Shown here: piece after piece, positions 1 through 13,028 of the stretch
How positions within the stretch are numbered: position 1 is the stretch's first letter
Layout: the number at the start of each line of letters is the position of its first letter
Program-made: the position numbers and the translations under genes
The notes under the pieces: generated by a model
Databases searched by the model: none
Seen by the model: the letters and a program-made list of their open reading frames with translations, nothing else
What the model was told of the DNA's origin: nothing
Origin: Octopus vulgaris
Taxonomy: Eukaryota
Assembly (NCBI GenBank): GCA_951406725.2
Contig: OX597814.1
Span: 141,918,001-141,982,000 of the forward strand
Reading direction: 5' to 3'
Length of the DNA stretch: 64,000 nucleotides

Positions 1-96
1 TAAGCCTAGTACTTATTCTATTGGTCTCTTTTGCCGAACCGCTAAGTTACGGGGGACGTAAACACACCAGCATTGGTTGTCAAGCAATGTTGGGGA

Positions 97-158
<62 letters not shown>

Positions 159-240
159 CACGCGCGATAGGCTTTTTTCAGTTTCCATCTACCAAATCCA
201 CTCACAAGGCTTTGGTCAGCCTGAGGCTAACATTATAGAA
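1..240 (-). mobile_element. tRNA-derived SINE family A, partial, with internal (CA)n
   Basis: Same sequence as copies at 11235-11577 and 46201-46593. Confidence 0.85.
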
Positions 241-1337
241 ATATCAATGGTATGATTCATGATTAATTCTAAATAATATGAATAAATATTATATTTGACA
301 AAGTAACCTGTATGGAAAATGGTTAAGGCATGAAGAATCCATGACTATTTGGTTTGGAATATGTTTCTTTATATCTACTTATTTACTTTAAGATATGTCA
401 GTCCTTCAGCTGCTGTTAGTTTGTGTTTTTGTTTTGACATTGTATGTCTTGGGTATTTTTTAACCTGGGGGAGCCCAGCTTTCAAAAAGCCTGATCACAA
501 TTTTCTTGAAAAGAATGGTTAAAAAGAAAAATGGAGAGACAGGTTCTAATACAAGAATGGTATTTCATTGACCTCAAAAAGATATGAAGTTGACCTCAGT
601 TTATAACCTCAAAGCTGGAATGAAAACTTCAAGGCTATGAAAACTTCATGCTGTGATACCTAAGATGGCAGATATGAAGTGAGATGTTGGAATGTGAATT
701 GAGGGAACTTAGCTGCTTTTTTTTTTTTTTTTTTGTTTTTGTTATTATTGTCAAAGCAATAATAAAAATGTCTTTTCAGTTTGGGTTGTTTAATACAAGC
801 ATTTCAACGAGGTCTTGTGTTTGGTTGATGTTTATTCTCTTGCGCACTTTTCATTAACTTATAGGCAAGGTCTTATAGAATAAAACTATCCTTATACCTA
901 AACACAGTCCTCAATGCATCAAATTAATGCAGTGTTGTTTCTTCCTTATGTCTCTGTTACATATTTGTGCATTGAGTGAAAGTTGTTCTCACTCGTAGCT
1001 TGAGCAATCAATGAAGAAATATCTGTTAGTAACAACCATAGAGAAAGGAAGAAAACTAAGCTTGTGCAATGATTGTGCAACGCTGCATATTAAGATAGCG
1101 TGCAGAACTGTCAGTATGTAAATTCACTGCAGAGAAAGTAAGTACCCACATTGAAACCAGCTGTTGTATATAAATTCATACTTTTGTACATATATTGAAC
1201 AGTTACATAAGGCCATTTAGAATATTAGCTAGCTATATCTATTACTTGACCAATATTCTTTGCACATACAACCAATATTGACTTTCTATAATGGCTCTTA
1301 CACTTTTTCCAAATGGAATGTTCTTCTCATATAAGCC

Positions 1338-1797
1338 TGTGTGTTTGTGTGTCTGTCTGTATGTATGTATGTGTGTGTGTGTCTGTCTGTCTGTCTGTGT
1401 GTGTGTGTCTGTCTGTATGTGTGTGTCTGTATGTGTGTGTGTGTCTGTATGTATGTGTGTGTGTGTCTGTATGTATGTATGTGTGTGTCTGTCTGTGTGT
1501 GTGTCTGTCTGTGTGTGTGTGTCTGTCTGTGTGTGTGTGTCTGTCTGTGTGTGTGTCTGTCTGTGTGTGTGTGTCTGTCTGTGTGTGTGTGTCTGTCTGT
1601 GTGTGTGTGTCTGTCTGTCTGTGTGTGTGTCTGTCTGTGTGTGTGTGTCTGTCTGTGTGTGTGTGTGTCTGTCTGTGTGTGTGTGTCTGTCTGTGTGTGT
1701 GTGTCTGTCTGTGTGTGTGTGTGTGTGTGTGTGTCTGTGTGTGCATTTGTGCGTCTGTCTCTGTGTGTGTGTGCATCTGTGTGTTTGTGTCTCTGTG
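1338..1797. repeat. Compound (GT)n/(GTCT)n/(GTAT)n microsatellite, ~460 bp
   Basis: Directly visible. Confidence 0.97.
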
Positions 1798-2574
1798 CAT
1801 TTAACTGAAGTCAGGTGTGACTTCACTGCCCTATTATTCTCTGCATGCATTACTACACTGAGTTTCCATTTTGGTAGTAAAGTGAATTCAGCTGATATTG
1901 TTGAATTTCCATCATACATGACTCAAATTTAAATGTATGGGATAACTTTTTCTTTTTTCTTTGTTTTTAATTTTTTTATCACCATATCAGCAACAACAAT
2001 GGTTTCTCTTCTATTAATGATTCACATTGTTGTAAGATTCTTGAAAAAGTTGCTGTTCTCTCTACTGAGGTTGTTGACTGCCATAGCAACACATTTGTCA
2101 TTGTTAAGTGCTTTATTGTATCAACAAAATAAAACCCCTACCTGTTGTTTATAGTATTGTAAATGGGATTATTTATTTATTTACAATAATTCTTTTCTTT
2201 TTTTTTTTCTTTTTTCATCCCTTCATTTCCTCTCTCCTACCCCTATGTTTAGCACTCTTATGGTGTTTTTGTGTGTGGAAAGAGTTGATTCCCATTCTAA
2301 TTCATCATGTATTTAGGTTTTACTTATAAATGGCTAGGTTTACAGCACACTGTTCATTCCCATTCTGCTTCATATGCTTCTTGAGTAAGCTACTCTTTTT
2401 CAGTTTAATTTTTTTGTGTATGGGCTGTGTCATTAAGAAGCTTACTTCCCAATTATGTGGTCTTTAGTTCAGTCTTGACATCACTTGATGGTTGTAAATG
2501 AGCATCACTGTCATACAAGCGGATGTTAATTTCTATTCTTCTATGGGAAAACATGTCTGATTATGATGGGGTTT

Positions 2575-2782
2575 TTTTTGCTCACAAGAGGACAAACAAA
2601 GACAAAGTAATTAAGTCGATTACATTGACCCCAGTGCATAACTGGTACTTTATTTATCGACCCTGAAAAGATGAAAGGCAAAGTCAACCTTGGCGGAATT
2701 TGAACTTATAACATAATGGCAGACAAAATACCATTAAGCTTTTCGCCTGGCGCGCTAGCATTTCTTCCAGCTCGCCACCTTC
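2575..2782 (-). mobile_element. tRNA-derived SINE family B copy
   Basis: ggcgagctgg..gaa head, agttcaaattccgccaaggttgactttgcctttcatc core on minus strand; recurs at ~4945, 12140, 12575, 22594, 34750, 46626, 59625. Confidence 0.85.
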
Positions 2783-3662
2783 GAATGATAAATTATTACC
2801 TTAGAAACAGATGGGCATCTGGCTGTAGAAAATCTACCTCAGCAAATTCCATCTGGCCTTGTAAATATTGGGAAAGTGGATGCTAAATGATTCATGTTGC
2901 TGCTTCATACAAATGAAGTGAGTTCTTTGTTGTTCAACTCCTAATTCAGCCCTGATCAAAGACATTCCAGGTATGACCATCTCCTTCCACCACCTTTGTA
3001 TAAACTTCTATTTTCAAGAATGTAGAATCAAATTTGATGGAGATTTGGTTACATTTCTAGCAGATAGAGCAGCTGTGTAGATTAGCTCTTTTTCACCATT
3101 TTTTTTCTCAAATAGTAAAGCCTGCCTCGTTACTGTGTAGCACTAAATTTCTTATCCGTATATCATGTAATGCAAATTATCTGTCCTCGATCTGGAAGAT
3201 ACTGAGTGTTATTCAGTATCTATGCATAATAGCTACAAATGTTCCTTCAACACCATTACATAAATTAAGTTAGAAATATTGTAAATGTTGTCTAGGCTAT
3301 AGACATGTGCTTTGCATAATGATGTCTTTGGTACAATGCTAAGTGCTCACTCAATAATATTACTGAAATCCTTTGGACATCTGTTACATCTACTATATTC
3401 TGTTCTGTTAAAAAGAATATATTTATTTGCTGTTATTGATTTTGTAAATCAAAACAAATATTAATGAAGAATTAGTTCTAATGTGCTAGGAAAGTGCAAT
3501 TATGATGCTTGTCTAAAATTGTCATTTATATCTCTAATTGTGTTGATGTTCATCTGCCTCTCTGCTTTCTTTCATTTGTTAGTCACAGTTCTCGACAGCT
3601 AATTTTAAAATCTCATTAAAGCTGCAATACTTTGAATTATTTCTTTTCTTTCTTTCTTACAG

Positions 3663-3745
3663 CATATTAAAGTACAACAATTATCCTCAAATGATGGTGC
3701 AAGGCCAGTAAAACATGGACATCTACGACTAGGGCATTCTCTACA
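3663..3745 (+). CDS. raw: Raw/OLRN-1-like gene, first exon visible in window (HIKVQQLSSNDGARPVKHGHLRLGHSL); upstream exons not found in window
   Basis: Polypyrimidine tract + AG at 3661-62, GTAAG donor at 3746. Open frame ends in phase 2 and joins the next exon in frame. Peptide resembles the Raw inter-repeat linker as I recall it. Confidence 0.75.
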
Positions 3746-5180
3746 GTAAGCTTCTTTCCTTTAACATAAATAATTGTGATCTTAAATTTATTTTCTTCTG
3801 GTAAATCACAGCTCAAAAAATGGTTATAAAGCTTGACAATTCATTTCATTTGATAAAAAATTTATTGAAGTTTAGAATTTAAAATGTTAACTATATATAT
3901 ATACATATATTTCATTAAATTTCATCATCATCGTTTAACGTCCGCTTTCCATGCTAGCATGGGTTGGACGGTTCAACGGGGGTCTGGGAAGCCAGAAGGC
4001 TGCACCAGGCCCAGTCTGATTTGGCAGTGTTTCTACAGCTGGATGCCCTTCCTATTTATAAAAGTTAGAAATTGAAAGTCTTGTAACTTGACAGACATGT
4101 GAGAACCAGTGACTTGAAAAATGCCCCTTCGAAAGTAAGGATTAGTGACAGGAAGAGCATCTTTCTGTCAGACACTCATCTAAACCAATGCCAGTGGGGA
4201 GAAACTAACATAAAAACAATGATAGTGATGTGTATATGTTTAAGATAGTAAGAGCTATATTTATTTTAGTATATTATTTTCAGCCAGTCATTGAGATGAG
4301 ATATCCTTGAATCTAAGGACAATGATAGCTTGGTCAGCATCTTAAACATTTATTATTTATGAAATATCTCCATATCTATAAATTTCAATATTTTAGTTAT
4401 TGTTTTTAAGTTACTTTATTCTGCTCATAAAGAAGGTCTGTAGGTTTCCTTACTTTGATGTGTATAGCTTTTGAAAATACCACCCACTTTCAAAAATATT
4501 GTTTGGCTTTGGAGAAAATATCTCTCCACAAAATACAATTACCAAAAAAAACATTCATTTTAATCACTTATAGCAGCATAAAATATAAAGTAAAATGTGA
4601 GTGGTGAGGATGCTTTTTAAAACACAAATACAACCTTTATTGCCTTGTAACTCTATCTGTTAATGTTTGCACTGATGCAAAATGTCAAATTCCAAAAAGC
4701 CATAAAATGTATTGAAACAGTAAATTTTTAAGTTTGCCACTATTACGTTTCAACTGACTAACAGAACATGGGTTTCGTGATAAAGGTAATTCAAAAATGT
4801 TTAGGACTATTGAAAATTCTAAGATAATTTGATGTTAAAGGACTCTTGCTTATATCATAAACTAAGAGCCTTTATAGAGATAATGTGATTTTAGTTTTAC
4901 ACATGAAAACAAATTTGAAATATCTACAGTGCAGACCATAAACTCAAATATTGGTATCAAATTTTGGCTCAAACCCAGAAATTTTGTGGGTGTGGGTAAT
5001 TCCATTACATCGACTCCAGTGTTCAACTAGTATTTATTGTGACCCAAAAAAAGATAAAAGGCAGTTGATTTCAGTGACATTTGAACTCAAAACATACAGA
5101 TGAAATGCTGCTAAGCATTTTGTCTGACATGCTAATGATTCTACCAGCTTGCCACCTTAACCCAAATATTTTAACTTTAA

Positions 5181-5397
5181 CCCTTTCATTACTGTATTTA
5201 TTTTGAAATGCTGTGTTTCTTTCAATTACTTTAAATATTAAAAGAATTTAGTAAAATAACTTGGTTATCAATCAGCTAATGTTAGGAACATAAATTGGGA
5301 CTAAGGTTTGGTGGAAGATTTTAATTCAAAACTTATGGAAACAAGACATTTGTACTCAGAGCCAGAGCCGGTTTCAGCTGGGTTGGTAACGAAAGAG
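5181..5397. mobile_element. piggyBac-type MITE
   Basis: TTAA|CCCTTTCATTAC ... GTAACGAAAGAG|TTAA; related copies at ~15465, ~16573, 17403. Confidence 0.85.
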
Positions 5398-6762
5398 TTA
5401 ATAATATTCACTCTTCAAAAACACAGACTCAAACACTTTCCCTTGGCCCCACCCTACATTCCCCTTTATTAGGATAATTATTGTTTACTCAGGCTACTCA
5501 TGATTTTGCTTATAATGCCAAAAAAAGCTGGCTCTTGCATCAATTTGAAATGTCCGGTTGCCTGGGCACCCCCCACTGTCATGTCTACAATGTTCAATAT
5601 GATGGTTTACAGTGAAACTACAGATAGTTTATAACAGTTGGCAATAAACATCACAATGAAGCTTTCTTGTTTCAATAATAATTCCAGGCAATAGTAGCAC
5701 AATATTCAATGTTCTGAACTAATCAGTTGAGATGATAAAATGGTTTTTCAGGTATTTTGCTAATATTGCAAGTTGTGAAGAATTGCCATAAACTCTGCTA
5801 TTAATCTATATTGTAAATTTACTATAGACATTGCCACCATTAATTTTATGGAGCTAAAGCTACTGCTTCAGTTCTTCCTATATCTTTGTTCTTTCTTTAC
5901 TCTTTTGATTTGAAGTTATAATAATATACAAGAAGGGTCATTGGAGCACTTTAAAAGGCTTTCTCAACAGGAAATAAAGATGACTACTGTCATACACTCT
6001 CTCTCTCTCATTTCCTCATAGACTGTGTCTCAGCTTTACAATCTTACAAACTTGTCAAGTATATTCAAAGAAGCTTAAGTGCTTCATAAACATATATTTA
6101 TTATCTATAACATTTCAAGCAATTGCCCAGAACTTGCTTCTTTTACGACCAGTTTAAATTTCTTAATACTGAAATCTCTTGTAGAAAGGATAGCTGCAAC
6201 CTTTTAAGATTTTATATTCCTGTTATGGGCACTGTTTCCCAGCATATAGAAGTATATTGTCCAATCTACTCATCCTTTCTTAAAATAGTAGGGAGGTATC
6301 TGATGCTAGGTCTCAGTCATTGAGCTGCAGCTATACTGGAGTACCATCTTGAAGAGTTTCAAATTGACCCCAGTACTTAATCTGTTATTTCCAGCATTGT
6401 GAAATAAAATACATTGTTCAAAGACATGATGCTCTGACTAGCAGAAGAATTGAACTCACAATCTTTATGATCATCAACCCCAAAACCTAGACCTGGTGGA
6501 TAAGAATGTTACTATTGTATTAAAAAATAAAGGCTTTTAATTTGAATCCAGTCTTGTACTAAGTACACATCCAGAAACAAAATATTTGATGGAAATGTAG
6601 TACAAATGTTGTTGTTTTTTTTTTTTATATATATTATCTCTTAATATATGTATAACAGTCTGAAGCACTAAAATCTTAGTAACTTGTCTCAGACAATTGT
6701 TATAGATTCATTCAGTAAAAATGGTGTGTTTTGAATAATTTATTATTGTTATCCTTCTTCAG

Positions 6763-6823
6763 ATATTTGTGGGAAGTGTTTGTTCAATACAGTGAAGGAG
6801 CTGACAAACTTAGTTATAAACAG
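6763..6823 (+). CDS. raw: Raw-like exon (QYLWEVFVQYSEGADKLSYKQ), EF-hand-like helix-loop
   Basis: ttcttcAG acceptor, CAG|GTAAC donor; 61 nt, restores phase 0. Confidence 0.75.
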
Positions 6824-7013
6824 GTAACAATTCTAAATTTCTTTTTTTTTTATATATATTATTGTTCTTATTTTAGTTGGTGTTTAGGTTGCTTCTGTTT
6901 ACATTTGTAATCTTAGCTTATGGGTTATTCAAGAGAGGAGAATAACATCCTTGACCCTTTACAGGGCGTCTGGGAGAAGGAAGCTGCTAAGATTCTATAG
7001 TGCTACAAGAAAC

Positions 7014-7398
7014 CTGGTTGTGTGGTAAGAAGCTTGCTTACTAACCCTTTGTGTAGCACCTTAGGCAAGTCTTGGGCTGACCAAAGCCTTGTGAATGGGT
7101 TTAGTTGACGGAAACTGAAAGAAGCTTGTGTGTGTATGTATGTATGTATATATATATATGAGAGCGGACGTTAAATGATGATATATATATATATATATGT
7201 GTGTATTTGTGTCTGTCCCTTGCCATCACTTGACAACTAATATTGGTGTGTTTATGTCCCTGTAACTTAACGGTTCAATAAAAGAGACTGATAGAATAAA
7301 TGCTAGGTCTACAAAGAATAAATCCTGTAGCCAATTTATTTGACTAACAGCAGTTCTCCAGCATGCTCACAGTCAAATGACTGAAACAAGTAAAATAA
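7014..7398 (+). mobile_element. SINE family A copy
   Basis: tgtggtaagaagcttgct head, gccttgtgaatgg..gacggaaactgaaagaagc core, actgaaacaagtaaaa tail. Confidence 0.85.
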
Positions 7399-10300
7399 AA
7401 AAAAAAAAACACTTCAACGGTGCAGGTGGCACCAAAAAAAAACCCACTCTGTGCTGTAAAGCAGTTGGTGTTAGTGAAGGCACATGGCTTAATGGTTAGG
7501 GTATTCAGCTCGTGATTAAGTTCACGAGTTCAATTCCAGACAGTGCATTGTGTGCTTGAACAAGTTACTTTATTTTGCATTACTCCAATCAACTCAGCTG
7601 GCAAAAGTGAGTTGCACCTGTAATTGAAAGGGCCATCCTTGTCACATTCACTGTCCTGCTAAACTCCCTGAGAACTACATTAAAAGTACACCTGTCTGTG
7701 GAGTACTCAGCCACTTGTGCATTAATTTCATGAGCTGACTGTTCTGTTGATGGGATTAGCTGGAGCATCATCATCATCCAGTGTTTTAAATTTGGGTTTT
7801 GTCCCTGTTAACAGGGGTGGCCAGATCTACCATAGCAACTGCCCTCACACCATCTTGCCTGGTTTTGGGCATCCTCCTTTTTCAAACCAACCCTCCTAAT
7901 CTCCTCCTCCACCTTCGTCATAACTGAAGTGCCAGTCATGAAGAGCATATAATTGTATAAACCAGGCCAGAGCATTGGAGCAATCCTTGGACTTGCACAC
8001 ATTAGATCCTGTCAAATCATCCAACCCATGCCAATATGGAATGTAAGCATTAAATAATGAATTCATTGTCCATCCTTTTAAGATATCACTCAGTTCGAGA
8101 CATAGCTGCAATTTCTAGCACTCTAAGTGACCACTTAGAGACTTCTTTATTGGCTTGATTGTTTTAAGTGTATCCAAAGTTTTTTAAAATGTTTGGTTAT
8201 AAACTTTTTAATTTATTGATAAGAAAAATCCATTAATTTCAATGCATTAGCAACAAGATTACAGAAAATACTGATATTGATAATTTTTTAAAATTTCCAA
8301 TAGCCATTGTTTCATGTTGGCATGTTCTTACATTAACCACTTATCTTTAAACTTGAAGTTGAATTTAGTCAATGGAATAATGACTTGTCTGACACATGAC
8401 TTAAGATTTGACCTCTTAACTATGTGGTCAATAATGCTACAACTTGATTTTGCAGCCTTGTACCTTATCATTTAGCATTCACTTCTCCATTCCTCATGGC
8501 CAAACATGTTTTTCACAAAGTGTGACATGAACAATGTCGCCTGTATGACATATGATACCTAGAGGACACACACACACACGCACACTCTCATCATCAATTA
8601 ATCTCTGCTTTCCATGCTGAGATGGGTTGGACAGTTTGACAGGAGATGGTTAAACAAGACTACACCAGACTACAGTGTCTTTTGACAAGGTTTTTTACAG
8701 CTGGATGCCCTTCCTAACACCAACCACCCACAGAGTGGACTGAGCACTTTTTATATGGCACCAGCACAGGTGAGGTCAGTTTTGCCATGGTTTTTACAGC
8801 TGGATGCCCCCTCTAAATGCTAACCACTTTACAGTGTGGGCTGACATATACGAGCTTCTTTTAGTTACCGTTTATCAAATCCACTCAGGTTTTTGGTCAA
8901 CCAGGAGCTATAGTAAACTTACTCAAGGTGCTGTGCTGTGGGACTGAACCCAAGACCGCATGGTTGGGAAGCAAGCATCTTAACCAAACAGTCATGCCTG
9001 TGCTTGAAATTATTAAATTGTAAAAATTTGATTAACTTTTCTAATTCTTGTTTAAACTTCATGTTTCTATGATTTATTGAAAAATACATAATGATGTATT
9101 TTTTATTTATTCATTTTATTTCTAGTTAAGAGAAAAGGCTTTCAAAATAATAAATTTGAAATTTAGAAAGAACAAATAAAATGAAAAAATGAAGTGTTAG
9201 TAAATTGAATTAGTGTGGTAACTTAATCATCTTATATTTAATTGCAGATACGTTCCTCTTCACTTGAAATAGTTGCTTTCCAGTTAAATATTGACATTAA
9301 CATTATTATTGAAATATTATGATGGAACTGAATTTTAAAATGTTCAAATTTTGATTAAATTTCTGAGGCTAAATAAATTTTGAGGATTATATATTTCTCT
9401 TAAACTTTTCTTTCTATATTCAGTCTACTTAAAATTTATATATTCAGCTTACATAATAAGATTTCTCATATTCCAGTTCACTGCTAAAGTTATGGTGATG
9501 GATATTTTAGTATGCAAACATCTTGTTGCTGTAATCTGATTTTCTTAAAAAGATTTTTTATGTATATAAGATTTTACTGCTTCCAAACTCAGTTTTAGAA
9601 GCATTAGCAAATATTCTTCTTGAAAATTTTTGGCTCAGAAAATCTAGGTTGCTTGAGCTATGAATTCTTTAGATTCTCACAAAGCCTTTCATTTTATAAA
9701 GCTTTTTCTTAATTAGTTACCGTTTTACTTGTTTCAGTCATTGAACTGTAGCCATGCTGGGTCACCATCTTGAAGGGTTTAGTCAAACAAATCGACCCCC
9801 AGTACTTAAGTCTGGTATTTATTCCATCGATCTCTTGCGAAACTGCTAAGTTATGTTGGACCTAAAAGACCAACATCAGTTGTCAGGTGGTGGTGAGACA
9901 CACACATGAGACAAGTTTCCATGCAATTTCTGTCTGCCAAATTCACTTGCAAAGCACTGACTGTCCAAGGCTATAGTTGAAGACACTTGCCCGCATATGT
10001 GCAGGAACAGAATTTACATAGGGGCTGCAAATCAAGGTTCAAAATACTTTACAATTTTTTTTTCTGTCAATCTTAATAGCAAAACAAACATGTGTGTTAA
10101 AATAATTATTATATTTGTACATGAATGAAATCAAATAAATCCAGTGGTGGAAAAGTAATGTTTCAAATTGGCCCAAAAATGTTTCTACGCGTGTTCACTT
10201 TAGCAATGAAGTTTTGCAGGGGTTTGTTTAAAGCATTTTCATTACCCTACCCAAAATTTTAGGGAGAGAGGGGCATTTGCACCCTCTGTTCTTAAGTCAA

Positions 10301-10747
10301 TGCTTGTTCAAGGTATCATGCTGTGGAACTGAACTCAAAATCCACATGGTTGCAAAGCTAGCTTCTTAACCACACAGCCAGTCCTGTACTTATATTGCAA
10401 TATCAAAAATGTCTTTGCACTTATCTAATATATTATTCTTGATAGATGTAATATTAAATATCAAAGTGTTGCTCTACATATTCACTACTATCATTACCAC
10501 CATCCTATAATACCTTCTACATTTATGAATACTGTTTAACCAAGAAAGCAATTAAATTTTGTTTCTTGCTTTTTTAACATTGCTGTATCTATATTAAACA
10601 CTTCCTCATCATTAACAATCGTATCACTAAAGCAGTTTAGAGAAATCAATTATCAAGCTGAACCTATTATAGTATTTTTATAAGAATCTAGTTGGTGTGT
10701 AATATAAACTGATATAACAATTTTTAGTGGAATGATATATGTCTAGA

Positions 10748-11100
10748 CATGGATATGTGGTTAAGAAGCTTGCTTTGTGACCACATGGTTTTGGGTTCAG
10801 TCCCACTGTGTGGCACCTTTGGCAAGTGTCTTCTATTATAGCCCTGTGCCGATCAATGCTTTGTGCGTGAATCTGGTAGTTAGTCTGTGAAGAAGTCTTG
10901 TGTTTGTGTTGTTTTATGCCACCACAGCTTGATAGCTTGTTTGGTTTGTTTACATCTCTATAACTTAGCAGTTCTGTAAAAGAGACTGATTGAATAAGTA
11001 TTGATTTAAAAAGAAAAAATCCTGGGGTTGATTTGACTTAACCCATCAAAGAAGTGTCCCAGCTAGGCCACAGTTCAATGAGTGGAACAAGTAAAAGATA
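10748..11100 (+). mobile_element. SINE family A copy
   Basis: A-box/B-box-like head (gtggttaag..ggttcagtccc), family core and tail. Confidence 0.85.
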
Positions 11101-11234
11101 GATAATGACAGAAATCCAAATACAACAGTTCTCAATACAAACTAGATTCAGTGAAACAAAGTATTTGGGTAGAATAAAAGAAAAAAAAATAAACAAAAAA
11201 TGGAAAATAATTTCAACAAAAAGGACAAATGTCC

Positions 11235-11577
11235 TTTTATCTTTTACTTGTTTCAGTCATTTGACTGCAGCCATGCTGGAACACCGTCTTTAGTCGAGCA
11301 AATCGACCCCAGGACTTACTTTTTGTAAGCCTAGTACTTATTCTGTTGGCCTCTAAGTTACAGGGATGCAAACACACCAGCATCGGTTGTCAAGTGATGC
11401 TGGAGACACACACACACGCACGTATGCACACACACTTCTTTCAGTTTCCGTTTACCAAGTCCACTCACAAGGCTTTGGTCGGCCCGAGGCTATAGTAGAA
11501 GACACTTGCCCAAGGTGTCATACAGTGGGACTGAACTCGTAAGCAAACTACTTACCACACAGCCATTCCTGCGCCTA
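11235..11577 (-). mobile_element. SINE family A copy, inverted relative to 10748-11100
   Basis: Reverse complement of family consensus. Confidence 0.9.
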
Positions 11578-12896
11578 TATTGAGAATTATTGAAAATGTT
11601 TGACTTTAATAGTATTACTGAAAGAACCCATTTCTTAAATGCTCACTTCACCTGTTCTGATCCTAAGTTAAAATTTTTTTTTTTTTGTAATTTCACTGTC
11701 TTACATGAGTGTCTTGAGTAAATTTAATCCCTTGCATACTTTCTCTCAGTAACTTCTTACCTGTATAATAAAAGTAGACTCTGTTGTTAGACAGGTAAAC
11801 TGATTAAAGTAGGATTTAGATCTGTATTCATAGCAGTTTTTAATGTCATTGTGCCTTCTATATGAAGTCATTTATTTTACCTGTTTGTAAATTTTTTTTT
11901 TTTTTTTTCCATAATATTTTCTGATGTTGCTTATTTCAAAGCTGACTTATGATCAAAAGCATTTCAGCCATAGTAATTCTTTTTTTTTCTCTCTCTCTCT
12001 CTACTGCCTCTTTGTGTCCTTGGCTTTTTAATGGTATTATAGATTGTGATATAAGGAATATTTGGTTGCTATTTGTGGCAGTTCAAGCAACCTCGTTGAC
12101 TCGTATCTGTTTTCTGATTGAAATATTTAGTGGCAACATGATGGTGAACTGGTAGAAAAATGCCGGGCGAAATTCTTAGCAGTATTTTTATCTGTCTTTA
12201 TGTTTTAAGTTCAAATTCTGCCAAGGTCGTCTTTTCCTTTCATTCTTTTGGGTTCGATAAATGAAGTACCAGTTGTGTACTAGGGTTGATCTAATCAACT
12301 GGCTCCCTCCCCAAAAATTTCGAGCCTTGTACCTAGAGGAGAAAAGAATATTTTCTGATGTTGCTTATTTTAGTCAGGCCTGATCAAATCTGACTTAGAT
12401 TCAGACATTTCAGCCATAGTAATTCTTTTTTTTTCCCTCTCTACTGCCACTTTGTGTCCTTGGCTTTTTAATGGTATTAGATTATGATATAAGGAATATT
12501 TGGTTGCTATTTGTGGCAATTCAAGCAACCACGTTGACTCGTATGTTTTCTGATTGAAATATTTAGTGGCAACAAGATAGTGAGCTGGCAGAAACCTTAG
12601 TATACTGGGCGAAATGCTTGGCGGCATTTTTGTTGGGGTCACCTTTTCCTTTCATCCCACTGGGGTTGATAAAATAAGTACCAGTTGAGCACTGGGGCCG
12701 ATGTAATTGACTTACTCCCTCCCCTGAAATTACTGGCCTTGTGCCAAAATTTGAATTTAATATTTAGCAACTTTCTGTGGCAGCAGCATATATCCATCTA
12801 GTGGTGGCTAGTGGCTTGTGATGTTTTTATTTTGGAATAAGCTATTGAACACACTCTCTCCCTCCTTTGGCTTATATACTGTTATGATTATTTCAG

Positions 12897-13028
12897 GCGT
12901 GCGATGCTTTCCACTACACAACAGGACAACTTTTAGACACCGGTTGGATGCAACCTCTTGTCAATGGATCTGAAGCAATGTCGTTTTCTACATTTTGTTG
13001 TCTTGTTATGGAAGCAAAAAGTCAATTG
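12897..13028 (+). CDS. raw: Raw-like exon (ACDAFHYTTGQLLDTGWMQPLVNGSEAMSFSTFCCLVMEAKSQL)
   Basis: tttcAG acceptor, G|GTATGT donor; 132 nt, phase 0-0; MSFSTFCCLV resembles an EF-hand exit helix. Confidence 0.8.

Noticed and set aside
1099-1137. Possible extra Raw exon ending at AAA|GTAAGT
   Set aside because: Weak acceptor and no recognisable family similarity
1242-1932. Five long overlapping ORFs (Cys/Val- or His/Thr-rich)
   Set aside because: Translations of the GT/GTCT microsatellite; no stops possible in the repeat
5670-5810. Possible old LINE RT C-terminal remnant on minus strand (QNIEYCATIAWN)
   Set aside because: Too short and degraded to support without a database search
10748-10815. 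tRNA genes at SINE heads (A/B-box-like motifs)
   Set aside because: No full cloverleaf; continuous with SINE bodies
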